DNA from: Trichoplax sp. H2
Taxonomy: Eukaryota
Direction of reading: 5' to 3'
DNA length: 64,000 bases
Assembly: GCA_003344405.1 (NCBI GenBank)
Contig: NOWV01000016.1
Span: 682,001-746,000 of the forward strand
Part shown: positions 39,440-58,093 of the stretch, piece by piece
How positions within the stretch are numbered: position 1 is the stretch's first letter
How the letters are laid out: each line of letters opens with the position of its first letter
Made by a program: the position numbers and the translations under genes
The notes under the pieces: generated by a model
Seen by the model: only the letters and a program-made list of their open reading frames with translations
Database searches by the model: none
Told to the model about the DNA's origin: nothing

Positions 39440-41336
39440 CTTTAGCAGATAGAAGCGACTATTTACATGTAGAATCGATAACTATGATGATAAAGTATCC
39501 ATAGAATAGATTGGTTTGCTTTGCAAGATGTTGGATGTTGCAGCAGCTGGATCGACCTCAAAGCCCTACCTACCTTGCTGTCTGCAACTACTGTCAATGA
39601 CGTTCCTCGCAGTCAAAGTACCCAAAAATGTCCCAACTCTCATACTGTAGTTGTTAGCTTCTACCGTTCCCCTGGCTATGACCAAATCTCCAATCTCGCC
39701 AATTTACTAGTACAGTATAGCGAATGCTAATGCTCCATTCTGACTATAAAATAATAAGGAAATGATATAATACTTAAAGGAAAGAATTCAACTGCTTGCT
39801 ATTTCGTTGATGCAGAAGCTAAAGCTAGCATGCATTCGCTCCATTAACAAGCGCAAAACTAGTCTACACTATTGCAAACAAGGCGTTGGAATTACAGCAG
39901 TTGGAACGCTGTTGTGCAAAGGGTTTTTGGCGTTCGCCTCACTGCACCGCCATTGGCTCACTACAGCAGTTGAATAACGAAATGTTAATCAACTGTTAAT
40001 GTATAACCTATCCATCAGAAAAGACCAAAGTCAGGCCGATAGAGGTAAATAAATAATAAAAAAACAGAGATTTTTTGCACCGATGCTACAGTGATGTAGC
40101 AGCGGTGAGTAGGACAGTATAGCATTGCAGTTGTTGAGCTTATTTCTGCGGAGTAGCTTTGCACGTAGAGTATGTAATCAGCGAGGTTGCTGAGCTAATT
40201 TAAAAAGGGCCAATCTACCTAATGCCGAACGGTACGATAAGTGTTATGCCCAAGGTATGAGTAGTACAGCATCGCAGTATCTATTCTAGTAGTGCTGTGC
40301 TGTTCAACATTAATTCTAAAGCCAATGATATACTCTAGAGAGTAGAGAGATTCAGTTTGGATTGCAACTCGATTGCCATGTCTGCAAAGCAGTTTATTGG
40401 CTTGTACTGTCTACAAAAGAGTAAACTACAATATTGCCACACTAGACAGCATCGCAATTTCTCTTCTGTACTGTAGTAAAGGCACTCAACAAGGTCTCTC
40501 TTACCCTAGAAATAGTTGAACACTGAACAGCACAGTGCTGTACTGCAATTGGCAGAGGTCTTGTAAGCAGTGGTTCCTGTACAGTGCACAGCAGTTTTGT
40601 CAGCTGGAAGAGGCTATACCTAATCTACCTAACGTGCAGCAACATCTACATTATGAAGTAAGTGATGCAGCTCTGCCAATAAACTGCAAAAAGTCGACAG
40701 ATATGCTAGTCAACAGCAATGCATGCATGCATGCATTATCACTTCTACAATCAATGTAACTTCGCCTACGTGATTCTTTCCATGCATGACAGTTTGGTAA
40801 ACAAGGCGAGCTTGGCTGCAGTAGACCAGACTACCAGTAGTAGCTTGAGATTAGCAAACTCTTAAACTTTTAATCAACAAATTATAATATCTTTCACTAG
40901 CTACACTTAACCATTATTTTAATATACTAATAGTGACTATTTTACTAGAAGATCGACGCTGAAATCTAACCTGTAATAGATTGCCAGTACAGTACTACGA
41001 ATCGCAAGTACCGCCATTACAATAGGTCTTCCTAGAACATTTCGTTGTGGTGAAACTCTTTCTCTTAAAAGTTGGTATGGAACAGTACTTACTATAGCCA
41101 TGGCTACACTTCTTAATTGAGTTGGCAATGGCTCCATGAGATATTAAAATCCTTCTTGATGAATCATCCTTACTGCCTAGAACTGTTAGTGTCCTTCATT
41201 ATAGCGATAGTTCAGTAATTTAAAAAGTTGTTGCTCAATTACTTATTGAGGAAAGAACGCAAAGAACATCCCATCAGCAAATCTCCGAATAAGAGCATCC
41301 ACTAGTGCTTGATATCAGCTCTCGTACCCCGTAGAT

Positions 41337-44300
41337 ATGGCCAAATCTCACACTGTTATTGGCAATTGTTTTACCAAAGAATTTACTTTAAAATCCAATC
41401 ATGACAATTTGTATAATTTACTAACACTAGACTGCGATAAAATATTTACAGCTGCTTCTTGGTCGCTTGATCAATTCTCGAAGTTAGAAAAGGAATTGAA
41501 TGAGATTAAGTCACGTTTAAATGATTATGATATCAAAGTCTGGCAGCAACACACATCATATACTAACTTAGCCCATGATATTGTCTTCCAGTTAAAGCAG
41601 CAATGCTATCCTGAGCTGTGCACGCAAGCTTGGGCTAAGTTTTATGAGATTTTGCATCGCTGCAATATTGATCAACGCTTAAATTTACAACAATGGTCTG
41701 ATGATCTAGATTTATCACAGATACCTTTAAGCTCATTGCATTTATGTGAAGGTCCAGGTGCTTTCATGACCAGCTTCAATCATTACCTTAAGTCGCATTA
41801 TCCGCATTTACCTTGGCAATGGCTTGCAATGACATTAAATCCGTACTATGAAGGGAATAAAGATGGTAGCACTATCACTGACAATCGACTCATTTCCAAA
41901 ACTTTATCACATTGGAACTTTGGTCGAGACAATTCCGGCAATATATTGCATCGTCACAATATGACTTTTCTGGTTGAGTCATTAAGTCAATGGCCATCTA
42001 TACGTTTGGTAAGAGATCGATAGTCTTCATGCTTCTTTACCAAACTACCTTGCAATAGATAATTATATAATTTTATCGATAAACATCTATGAATAAATTC
42101 CTAGAGATAACAGCTATTCATATAAGAGATTAAAATAGATATAATAACATATACCTTGCACTACAATATACTGCATATATATACAATCAGGAAATACTTT
42201 CATGAATTATACTATGTTTGAGTGACACCTATAATTGAATAAAACACAATATTTGCTAAATTTAAGTTGCTAAAAGCGTATTAATTCTTCTTTTTGGATT
42301 ACTGTATTTCAGGTAACTGCTGATGGAAGTATTGATTGTTCTGATCGTCCAGGACAGCAAGAGGCTATTGTATCTCCAATTCTTTACTGTGAAACATTAA
42401 CCGCATTAAGAATATTAACTAAAGATGGGGTTTACGTATTGAAAATGTTTACGTCGTTCCAACATCGTTCAATATGCTTAATTTATTTGCTATTAAATGT
42501 ATTTCAAGAGGTATAAATATTTCAATGTTTTCATTCATACAACTGTTATCAACATCGAATCTAATGCTTATTTATTTGACTAACTTTTTTATGCTAATGG
42601 TAAATTACTCTTGATCAGGTTAAAGCTATTAAACCTTCATGTAGTAAGAGCGGCAACTCTGAAGTTTACATAATTTGCATCGGATACATTGGTTTTAACG
42701 CTATACCAAAGCAATTTTGGGATAACTTATGTGCTAATTATGGTAATTACAAGTAGTACACATCGTTTATTTTACGAGTATGCAAGGATTTATAAACTGT
42801 TACTCTTGCATTCTATAGGGCTTGAAGACAGATGTATTTCACTCTTTCCTCTAGACTATATACCAGTACCTATTATTGATAAAATATACACTTTTTGCCA
42901 GTATTTCTCAACTCTACAGGTACGTTGTGTGATAGATTTTTTTATACTCTGGCATATCTTCGACAATATCGCGTTCGCCAGTAGTTTTCAATAATAAATA
43001 AATGAATCAAGGGATGTTTAACGCAGGAAATTTTTATTCTTAGTTTAGAAACAAAGTTAATGATAGCGTAAAAGTATTTTACTATTAACGTAGATAATAC
43101 TATTAAATATGTAAGCTCACTGTATCTATTAAGTAATTAAATCAACCCTAGTAAACAGTAAATTATCTATTAATAATTATATAATTTATAATTGCTTACG
43201 ACACGGATATAAAAATATTCCTTTGCTATACTCGTTCTTATTTGGATAATTTCAAATAATGATAGATTGATGCTATTCAGCGAAATATCCGACTGTTTGA
43301 TACGTTAAATAAGTCAAATAGAAAATTTATTAGCAAGGTATCATACATCATTTGTTACATTTGCACAATAAATTATACCGTTTTATTTTATAAATAACCT
43401 AAGCTGCACAGTTTTATAATACACGTATTATAGGCTAAAAAGGCAATAGCGAAAGAATATATTACAAGGTATCAAGTTTACGAAATTCAGCCTGAAAAAA
43501 AGATTGTATCCTCGGTAGACGTGGTAAAGAAAAATAAATGATCATTTCGCCCTCTTGATTCGCTAGTACATTTTTATATTAGGCATAAATGAAAGTGATT
43601 TGAATATTTCTTAAGTTCTGCTTTTCTTGATTAAAGAATCTAAGCAGAAGAGACGATAAATTTAAGAGCATCGGATCAAAGGCCGGTAGTTTTAACCAAC
43701 GTGTTGGCCAAACAAAGAGAAAATGGTCAGAATCGGTTAATGATTATAATATTCCCGAATTACTGAAAATTGAGACAGGTGCATTTGTTGTGCTATTTAA
43801 GCTACCAACTTAAAGGACTTTTATTAATAAATTATGATTTTTCCCCCAGCTCCTTGCTCTAGTCGGTTCCCACGGAATAGAATATTTCGAGAAGAAATTT
43901 GTAATTTACAGTGGCTTCATGTATGCAAGAGATAATTAGCGATTTCAGCTACTTGAAAATATTTTAACCTTAAGGAAGTAATTAATTTTAAACCACAAAA
44001 CTTATGCTAAATTTTTTGTAAATCAAAGTGTAATGACACGTTAATTGAAACTGAAAACTGGACAAGAACTTACGGTTTCTATCCTGCCGAGGTCCATTCT
44101 CGCTAAATGATTTTAATTCATACTGTTTAACAGTGCTACAAGCACGTAAATCCAATCTTTCTGAAGGATATTTTACACTTTAATAGATATGCAATTCATG
44201 CTTCGCTTCCAACGAGCTATTACTTGATGTCATGTCTGCACGCCAAGAACAGTCAAGACACAAACAGGAAATTAAGGTACGGAGATTAATATAGTCTTGA

Positions 44301-46045
44301 TATAAGGAGTAGCACAATATCAGCATTGCAAATAAGTCATCAGTTTTATCGAGCGTAACAGTATTCTAGAATACGTAAATACTGACTCTTTACTTGTCTA
44401 TGATTCTAATACTTTCCTCGATGCGAAATATGACTTCAACGATTACATCTGAATTATAATTAGCTCTGTAGATTGCGTCATCAAGTAATTACAGTAATAG
44501 GAGTAGCTACTATCTTGAAAATTGACGAGTGTAAACGATTAATCTACAGGTCACTGAATAAATTAGATTCGAAAGTATAAATCAAACTCGTAATTTAGGT
44601 TGCGTAGTTATAAATATAACTGCTTAATAAGAATTGATCATTCATCAATACTATATTTATTAATATTCAGACAATAGACAATTATCAGAACCATTCTTTA
44701 AGCCCAACATTTTACAGCAACAGCTGCTACAAAAGTATAGCTGATATATTATTGTCAGTTACGAAAACTGGCAATCAGTCAAAGTACGTAGTGTTATCAG
44801 GTAAAGTCCAACATATCCTTTCGAATATTTGTAATCAATCTGGAGTGAGCGACGACCAGGTAAGTTTATCCTCGATATCACAATTTACATCATGAGTTTG
44901 AGATCCTCTTAAGTTTAATTAATTATCGATTCTTTGTACCTCACCTAGGTCAAAGTTATAACAACCAGCAATGAATCTACACCTTGTTCCACATATTTTG
45001 CCATATCTTCCACATCCGAACTTATTAGCAGTTTTGATTCCTGTGAAAGGTAAAAAAGTTTGAACATTGTTAAATGATGCAGCATACAGGAATAATTTGA
45101 TAGCACTGATACTGTCCATCTACTTTTTGAAATACGTATATTTTAGCTAGATAGTATATTAATTTAGTTTAATATTATTATACATTAATTAGATATATAC
45201 AAGAAACTTTCAAGGCTGTAGATATTGTATTCGCAGACTTTCATCCAGAATCAATCAAAGAGAGAGCTTCACAAACAAGCCATAATAAGTTAATTTTATC
45301 CGAAGTACTACTTGCTTGCAAGGTAAGATCAGTTCCGTTAAATTTTTACATTGATTAAAAATTGTGTAATGATATGCGATAATATTTTCTCGATAGGTAT
45401 TGGCAATGAATGGTCACCTTATATTAACTGTTGGCGATTTACTGAGTCGTTTCCAGTGCAGTGTTGTATATATGCTTCACGTTTTTTTCAACAAGGTATC
45501 GTATATACACGGTTTTGTTGTTAGTAATCTACAAGATACTAATCGTGGCATGGATATGATACTGTCCTATAGGTGTCTATACTACATTCGATTGATGATC
45601 AAATTCGCTGCAAAACTATTATCTGTTGCGGATATCGTGGACCTGACACCTTGGCTCAAGCGATTAGTGTAATGTGCCGCTTAATTTCACTTAAATTTTT
45701 TGGTAATTCCTTCAATTCTATATTAGCTACAATTTACGTCTTGGTACTTCATTTATAGCATTTGCAGCAGACGCTTAGCATGGTATCAATATTACGTCAC
45801 GATGAAGATGGTACCAATGAAGTTGATCTTCTTTGCTTTGTGCCGATATCATTGCTAACTGACGAAGGTAGGAACTGTTATAAAAATTAGAATTACATTA
45901 TTCACAGTTTCAGCAATAATAGCTTTCGTAATACCAGATGCGATTTCAACTATCTTTCATAGGATCAGAGTTTTATAGATATATATATGAAATTAATAAT
46001 CGCAGTCTGGGATTTGAACTTGCTGTTCGAGCAAATAAAGAGTAG
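41337..46045 (+). CDS. CMTR2: Cap-specific mRNA (nucleoside-2'-O)-methyltransferase 2 (FTSJD1); multi-exon, first exons 41337-42008, 42313-42510, 42619-42742, 42819-42919, last 45963-46045
   Basis: Motifs include ELCTQAWAKFYEIL, SLHLCEGPGAF, W.AMTLNPYYEGN, VTADGSIDC, VLKMFT and KP.CSKSGNSEVY, giving the RrmJ/FtsJ K-D-K-E tetrad. The C-terminus has LLCFVPISLL. The start may be spliced from upstream (AG at 41333-41334), and the middle exons are less certain. Confidence 0.9.
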
Positions 46046-47918
46046 GCCACTCTCTGTGTTAATATGTGAAAGGCTAACATAATTCCATTGGATGATTTCG
46101 GACGTTTCGATATCACAGCTATGGACAAAAGCTGATGGTTTAAGTACCGTAACAGAAATTAGAGGTAGCGTGGATTTTTACAATTTGCAAATGATTGACT
46201 TGAATTTGCTCCAATGTTTAAGTGCATTACTATCTTAAGTTAATGTATTATAAATAGGATTACAGCATTTGTCAAGAATAATAGCATATACTGCGGTATC
46301 CCAGGTAGCTCTCATATTAGATGCAATCACTTAGCTGCTGAAGTATTTAGAAACTTGATCTATGATGAAGTTTGATTATTAGCTGAAGTAACTGATACTA
46401 TTCGACATTATAGTTCATGTTTTTATTAGATGGATATATACAGTGAATCCACTCTAGACTACTTGTATCATTGCACCTATACATCTGTGACAGTTTTAAA
46501 TTGTCAGCATCTCTTTAACGCCAGTTTTAGATGTTTTCATAAATTAATTATTCATATGTAACTGCTTAGAGGCAGATAATTTTCGTATTTTACTGTATTG
46601 AAACATAGGCGACTAGCTGTGTTATTATTGTTTGTGCTATAGTTTATTCTACAGTACCCGCCGCATGTGTAATAAAATGCTTCTCATGAACTGCCAAGCC
46701 TGTAACTGTAAATATACAATATGCTAATACGGCATGTAGCCTTGATTATATTGTCATAATTGCAAGGATAATTATCCGACGAATTTTGCTTAAAAGTAAT
46801 CAAATTTATAGTTGAAACAATTTAAAAGTCTTCAATGGTTTTATTTTGTGTCAGTATCGCTACGTTATTGACAGTGTAGATTGAAATATTGTAATTTTTG
46901 CGATTAGGAAATATTACGACAATGGTAGGTTACCAAAGCTACAACCGATAATATTTTTGATATCATTTGATTGTTAACTCTATAATTTATTTTTTACATC
47001 ATAATAAATGCTAGTGGCAAATGAATACCCTACTCAAAAATCATAGCATTTTGGTAACCGCTATTGCAGCATATAGGGCAACGAAAAGAATTAAATATAA
47101 TTAACAATTAATTACAGTCAGCTTAGGCGATTCAATCCATATGAAACTGTCAATTTTAGGAATAATCTAAAATAAAAAATCATAAATTAAAGGGTAACCA
47201 TAAAAAGTCCTGTCGTGAGAATTAATATAAAAGCACAGTTGTATTTAGAATACAATATCAAGACTTAGTCGGTTAATAATAACGTTTAAGCATGAAAACA
47301 TAAAGCATAATATATATGTATTTACAAATCAATGCGCAGAATTATTATGATAAAGATAGAAGGACACTGTACATTGTTATCCAATATGCATGTCTAACAA
47401 GACTAGCTATCGGAGAATGTTAATTGAACTGAAAGGCGACTATTTTCTATTTGATTCAATTCCAAGGGGTAATTAATTAATTGATAACATCATTGAGATT
47501 TATACAAATCTCAGCATCTATTACACTAAAACAATAATAAACTCTTCGTCCGGATTAAGATGAGCAACTGAGCATGCAAAAGGTGCCCAATTGCTGTATT
47601 TGCTGACCATAGATAACAATCGCGGCATCAGTTTATAACTTTACAGAAATGAAAATATAGTATCGGTCTTGATTTATATCCATGATAAGCTAAATCTTTA
47701 AGATATGAACGCCAGATGTATTGAATTGTTAACTGACTAATTAAGCTAGCAAGAAAAAGGCAATTCTTTGTTCTTCAATATAGTACTAGTTAAAAGAGTT
47801 CTATTGGTTCCATCTTTGATGCAACGAAGGAAATAGCATCTAGGGTTATGAACATCTATACATACTCTACAGTATGGCATTGGCTGATTTCCAGTTCGCT
47901 TGATGCTAGGCAAATTCT

Positions 47919-50406
47919 TTAAGATATCATTGCTGATGGTATATCTCGATAGATTAAAGTTATTTTGTTGATACGATTGCGATTATTAACTTTAGTTATC
48001 ATTTGCACGGGAGCCGCTGGCTTTGAATGCTTGTAACTATCCATTAATTGACGAGGCGTAGCATTGGTCGTGCCATTAATGCTCGTTGGAATTGCAGCTT
48101 GTAATCCGTTAGGCGGGTACTTATTTTTAGCTTGTAGTGCAGTTTTGGTAATAGACTTAAAGTGATTACTGCTATTGCGTAGTTGATTCCTTTTACTCAG
48201 TGGTCGAAAGTAACCTGTGCTAACAGCTGCAGCTGATGGGATAGATTTAACATTATATTTAGGATTTCCTTGCGATCTTGCATGTTGCATACTATCATTT
48301 GAGGCATTAGTAGAGAGTGGTTGTCTAAATTTCTTCCAGAAAGTGGCCCCCTACGTTAATGGTAGATGAAAAATTAGTATAAACTTCAGATCCCCTTGGT
48401 ATGATAGGAGTTGATAGATATGACATGAAAATACGAGTATTCTACTAAGGAGTAATGATAATTTACAAATATTAGAGGAAATTACATATGTATTTAATAT
48501 ATGAAGCAAGAGACGAGAGTAGATGAATGTCTGGTCTAGTAATATTCAATAAACTTTACTAAACGGCATTTGATTCGAACTTGACAGTTCTAGTATAGCT
48601 TATAATATTATAGAACTGATCAATTTTATAAGTTGATGAAGAATAGAGAAATCAGAATGGAATCAGCCGAAGATTGTTTATGTGACCAAGTCCCATTTTC
48701 TTACCCTTTTATCCGGTTGCTCGTGATCATGAGCCGTTTCATCAAATGATTCGTTAATAATCACGTCACTGTTACATAATAACATTAAAAAATAGAAATA
48801 GCGTTAATATCACTCCATTTTAATATATAAACATTACACAATATTACATAATAATAACAACAAATATATATTAATAAATTGAGCTAACTGTAAATTTTAA
48901 TGGCTAATTAAAGTATCGACATGGAACGGGAAGAACTACTTATATAGTAATTACAAACAGTAAATATGAAAAGTATGAAAATATCCTTTTGTTAATATAT
49001 CAACAAAAATATTTTGAGTCTATATTAATTTCATTTTTTATTTGAGTTTATTCGCTAATCTAAAAATATTTGTTTCTAATATAATTGCATGTAAGATTAC
49101 TCTTAAGTTGAATGAAATGGTTATTTACATCGTACATGATTACTCATAGATGTTCAACCTTAATGAATATTGCGGATTGGTTAGCATAAAAATCACTCTC
49201 CAAAAAGCTCAGTTTATGTGATTGAGATCGAGATATTAAAAAAAGTTATCATTTCAGTGTACCCAAAATAATTAATCAGTTTGTATCCATCATTATCCTA
49301 ACTCAGCTATCATTGAGGCAGGGATGTAACAGATAGCGATTAAAACTTGAAAAAAATTGATTTCTACTATAGAACTGGGCGATAGTAGTTTCACCTCTCA
49401 TAGCATGTTTACTACAATAATTATCACAAGAACTAGATCCTACGAATTTACGAGCCAGAATGAATTAGGGGTAAGAAAAAATATTATATTTACCACTTGG
49501 AATCACACTGTTCAGCACTCCATATTTGAATAGATATAAAGTCGAATAAATTAGATAAAATAATTAAACTGACAATTGGAGATGATTAAATACTGTAAGA
49601 AACTCAGTCAAAACTTTTGCTGCTTAAACTAGCAGTCAAACATCTTATACTGCTACTACTTTAAAATCTCAGAAGCAGAGATGGAATAGATACCGTAATA
49701 TTTAAAGCGAATCAGAACTGTAATAATTATCATGTGCTATTTTTGAAATTGCAGCGCAATTACTGTAACGGTTGGACGATAAACTTGTTTTCTTAAATTG
49801 GAGTATGAGATGGAGGAAATCACTACCTAAAAAAAGTTATAACGATCTCGAAAAAGTGACTTACTGTTGCTGATGTGGTGATGAGTTCCCATTTCGCTGC
49901 TTATACAATGCTAACTGATGTTCATAGGTACGCCTCTCTTTAGCTTGTTTCTGTGAATCACAATCGTCATCCTGTTTTCTTAAAGTATTTTCATCATCCT
50001 GCTTAATTTCTAATCGATTTAAGCCAATCGTATGATTTTCACGATATTGTTCAATGTATCTCTCACTCTGCTGGAAATGCTGAAATTTATAATCAATGCT
50101 TGGTTTGCTATTTAACCGATGAAATGGCAAATTATTAGCTGATGTTGATGATGACTTTTTACTGTGCTGACTAGAAGGAGCAGAAAAAGCTGATTTATGA
50201 CTGCTGCGTGGCTTATTTACTTCATGATATTGGGGTATCCAGCCATGTAAATCATTGGTTTTCTGATGGCGTGAAAATGTAGCATGATTATTGGTAATAT
50301 AATCTCGGACTAAATTGTTTTCTCGTTCTTCGCTATCTAATAAATTATTGACCAATTCTTGACAATTTTCTCCGAATGCGTGACACGGGCCATGCATGTT
50401 TAACAT
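47919..50406 (-). CDS. Hypothetical protein, ~345 aa, hydrophilic/low-complexity; exons 50406-49865, 48768-48705, 48350-47919
   Basis: Two ORF-track ORFs are joined in frame through a 64-nt exon with canonical CA|GTAAGT, CAG|T, AGG|GTAAG and TAG|G junctions (total 1038 nt). No family was recognised and the 3' end is uncertain. Confidence 0.65.
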
Positions 50407-51039
50407 GAAATTATTTTAGCATAAATAGGTACAATCAATATCAAAGTATTTTAAATAGTAACGGGGTTTGAGGTTGGAGAATGATTGAAATCTTGTTCTT
50501 TCTGTTTGCTGGGTCCTTAGTACAACAGGATAAAGTCAATAGTTAACTTTGTTGATTTGTAAATGAACCCGAGGATCCGTATCGATTGTTTCTCTATATT
50601 TTATACTTGTTCACTCCGAAGTCTTGAAGATAATAACAATTTTCTATGGATAGAAAGTTAAAGATAATGACCAAAACATAAATCGATATATCCAACAATA
50701 ACGAAGAGAAATATAGCTTCAATTGAGTAATATCGTTATATGAGAAATTTTAAAGCGTTAAATACTGCAGTTTCAAATAACTTTAATGATAATCAGATGA
50801 TGAACTAGGAAAATGATAAAATGCAAGATAGGGATGGTGGGTATGAAAGCGATACAGAAATGAGGAAATTAAGATAGATATAAAAGACAATACAAGCAAC
50901 GACTTGATCAATAGCTAATTCTGTTTTAGAAATTATTGGAGACAGCGATATTAAACAAGGCCTAGAGTATTCTTACTCATAATGTCAGCATGATAATACT
51001 TAATTACACCAGTAGTTCTATCGATAACAACATTAATAC

Positions 51040-51053
51040 GTTGCTATAGTAAC
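51040..51053. promoter_or_regulatory. Candidate RFX X-box GTTGCTATAGTAAC upstream of the orphan gene
   Basis: It is an exact match to GTHNYY-AT-RRNAAC. It sits just 5' of a putative non-coding exon (minus-strand donor GTAAG at ~50972-50976, acceptor at ~50644-50645). Confidence 0.55.
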
Positions 51054-52747
51054 CATCTAATCATTGGTTTACGCAATCGGTATAGTAGCATCTATATGAA
51101 GCAGAGGACAAAGACACCGTAGGCGTATTTTAATTTTATCTATTAGTGGAGTACTTTATTGCTATTTTATCGCCGCCGTGATTCATAACCATCAAAAAAG
51201 TAACCAATAGATAGATATTGATTGATTAGTGAAACAATATTAGAATTATAGGAACTGATGAAATGAAATCTGTTTTTGGTAGAATAATATATTATTATTA
51301 GTAGTTCGCATACTGAGATACAAATACAGTAGTACATCTATTTATCAATCCCACTGCCAGTTTATCAATATTGGTTAACAAAGGCAACTTTATATTAGAC
51401 TGTATTTGCATAAGTGTCGTGGACAATATGTTGATAAAGTTATAAAACAACAATTAACAGATTTACGGTTTTGAAATTAGGCATGTATTGTTACTAATAC
51501 ATACAGAGTCTTTATCGATCGTAATAAACATCAGCTGAATTAAATTTATACAGTTACCTTATTCGTATGATGATCTGCTCATTTACTATACAATTTATAA
51601 CTTGATGAAATGTAAAGATGTGTCAATTCGCTACTAATTTTTTGTCTGCAAAGGGGGAAAGCATTACTTTTTCTCCAAATACTAATATAAATTGTGTTTA
51701 CATAGTCACTTTAAAAAAAATGATTAAATTGAATGATATTAATTTACAATTGATTGACCGGCATTTTAATCGCAATTCCTTTGCTTAACAAGCCTCGTCT
51801 CAAACCGATACCTTTCCATTTCATGCCGATCTAGTGTTGCAGAAGTTAAATTATAGCTAGCTACTGCTGTGTAGCGTGCTTCTCCTAGTATATATGTTTA
51901 GCTAGTATACTGGCTATCAGTTACCTAGAGCAGACAACTTCAAAAAGCAAAGCCATTTTCTCCCTATTAATCTTATGCACTTTATTTCGATTACGAAGTT
52001 CATGACTGATACACTTGTGAATAAGAATTGAATTGGGTAACATATAGAATAATAGCACTAAAAATATACGTAATTCCTCATAAGAAACTTCACCAAGTAC
52101 AGAACAACAATATATATCATCATCAGTTTTGTAATTAACTTGACAAGCTACTGGCTAGATTTATGATGAGACTAATGATCATTGTAATAAGGTCGTGTGG
52201 GAGATTTTTAAGTAAGGGGTTAGTTAGTCTGAGCTATTTTGCAAATACGATTCAATATATTATCATCTCCAAAGTTTCAATCAATGATTAAAAACTTCCA
52301 CTACAGACGTACGCTATCGCTAAGAGAATTCTCAACTGCACTGAATTTATGGTTTATTACGTCAACGTGCGCTGATTTTAAATTTCGCTTCATGTTGGGT
52401 ATACAATCCGAATGATGCTATCGAATACTGCAAAATCTTTCTAAATCTTTCGATTCACCCATTACAAAGTAACAATACTATTAAAGATTACATTTTTAGA
52501 AGATTTTTGAATAAAGATTCTATTATATTTTCGTATCGTCTATAAGTCGTTATCATTAGACAAAAAAACTTTGGTCCTGTGATATTAGTTAACATATCAT
52601 GTTGCCTTTTGATTGATTGCGAATAAAAATGTTTCTTTAAAGGTATATTTCATATAATAACAGATATTTCAGGCAAGAACATTTCTGGATTAAATTTCAA
52701 ACGTTAGCAGTAACCGCATGGGTCTACCGATCTTCCTAAGCCGATTG

Positions 52748-56884
<4,137 letters not shown>

Positions 56885-57217
56885 CTTCAATCGCTTTCCA
56901 AGATATCTTGTACACTTTCTCCGCGGAAGACATCAAGACAGAAGGAGGATGAATTGCGCAGTTGCTGTTATATACGTACTGAAGCGAAGCTCTGACACGT
57001 CTGACCATCGTACTCTGCGAGTGTAGCGGTACAAGGGTGAATCGTCATCGAGAAACAATCAAACTGAGTGACGCAAAAATTTGCAAATTTGAAAGCATTC
57101 CCTTATACACTACACGACCAGAAATGATCCGAGGTGTAATTTCCTCTAGTCTAAGACTGTTTTGAACACGAATCGGAGATGAGGAGTGGCCATTGAGTGC
57201 AAATAATACCGTTCTTA

Positions 57218-57368
57218 CACAGTACAGTACAGTATAGTACAGTGTCAGTTACAGTATATTGTAAAGTACCACAGTACAAGTACTGTAGTATACTGTACTG
57301 TACTGTACAGTATACAGTATACTGTACGGTGTACAGTGCACGTACTGTGCACTATACGCGATGTACTG
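57218..57368. repeat. Low-complexity TACAGTACTGTA-type palindromic tract in the SURF4/AXDND1 divergent promoter region
   Basis: The tract consists almost entirely of ACAGT/ACTGT/GTAC/GTATA units. Confidence 0.8.
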
Positions 57369-57888
57369 GAAGAGTCGACATGGCGATTGGGGGGAGATAG
57401 CGGAGATGGGGAAAAACCAACAAGGGTAAAATTTGTATAGAATGTACCATACTGACTGTAAAACTGACAGCAGTCATTTTCATTCAAATCTATATTGCAA
57501 ATATAGCCTATAGATATATATAGTTATACATATTATGGTTGCAATGACGAAATTCTTATATCTTCATTCAATGTTGTAATAGTGGCTGCCCTAGTAGTTG
57601 CAATAATAAGGCATAGTTGCAGTACTGTACAAGTGTACATGCCAATTTCAGTCACTATAATACTGCACTAATTTACGGTATCAAAGTTCAATTTCATTTC
57701 ATCCCCAGCTAACATAAGGCCAGTTAAGCAATGATGTAACGTCTAATCGTTTCCCTTACGCCTTAATTTAAAAAAAATCAAATAAAAATATATAAATAAA
57801 TTACAATTGAACAAGCTAATCGCTTTGCGGCGAAATCAACTACGCATGTACACAGGCATCATTCCTGCGACGAAATGAAATGTTTTCC

Positions 57889-57901
57889 GTTGCCTAGCAA
57901 C
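57889..57901. promoter_or_regulatory. RFX X-box GTTGCCTAGCAAC upstream of AXDND1
   Basis: It is a canonical GTTGCC-N-RGCAAC motif ~190 bp upstream of the ATG of a cilia/flagella-associated gene. Confidence 0.7.
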
Positions 57902-58093
57902 TCCTACGTTCATTGCCATAAAGCCTCTAGCGAGTAGCAGAATCGAGTTTATTTGGATATTAACCAGTAATCCTTTTGAGAGTAATGAGATACTATTGCT
58001 TATGTTACTATACAAGCATTCATTTTAATATAAGATTGTACTTCGATGAGATTTAATCTCAAGGCTTACAGTTAGTCATTTCTTACTTGCAAA

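Noticed and set aside
44814-44822. ATATCCTTT (AT-AC U12 donor-like) within CMTR2
   Set aside because: It lies in an exon that reads through in frame to a canonical CAG|GTAAG donor at ~44860.
47535-47975. Extra 3' coding segments for the orphan gene in another frame
   Set aside because: No phase-compatible splice junction was found to connect them, so they were left out pending cDNA evidence.
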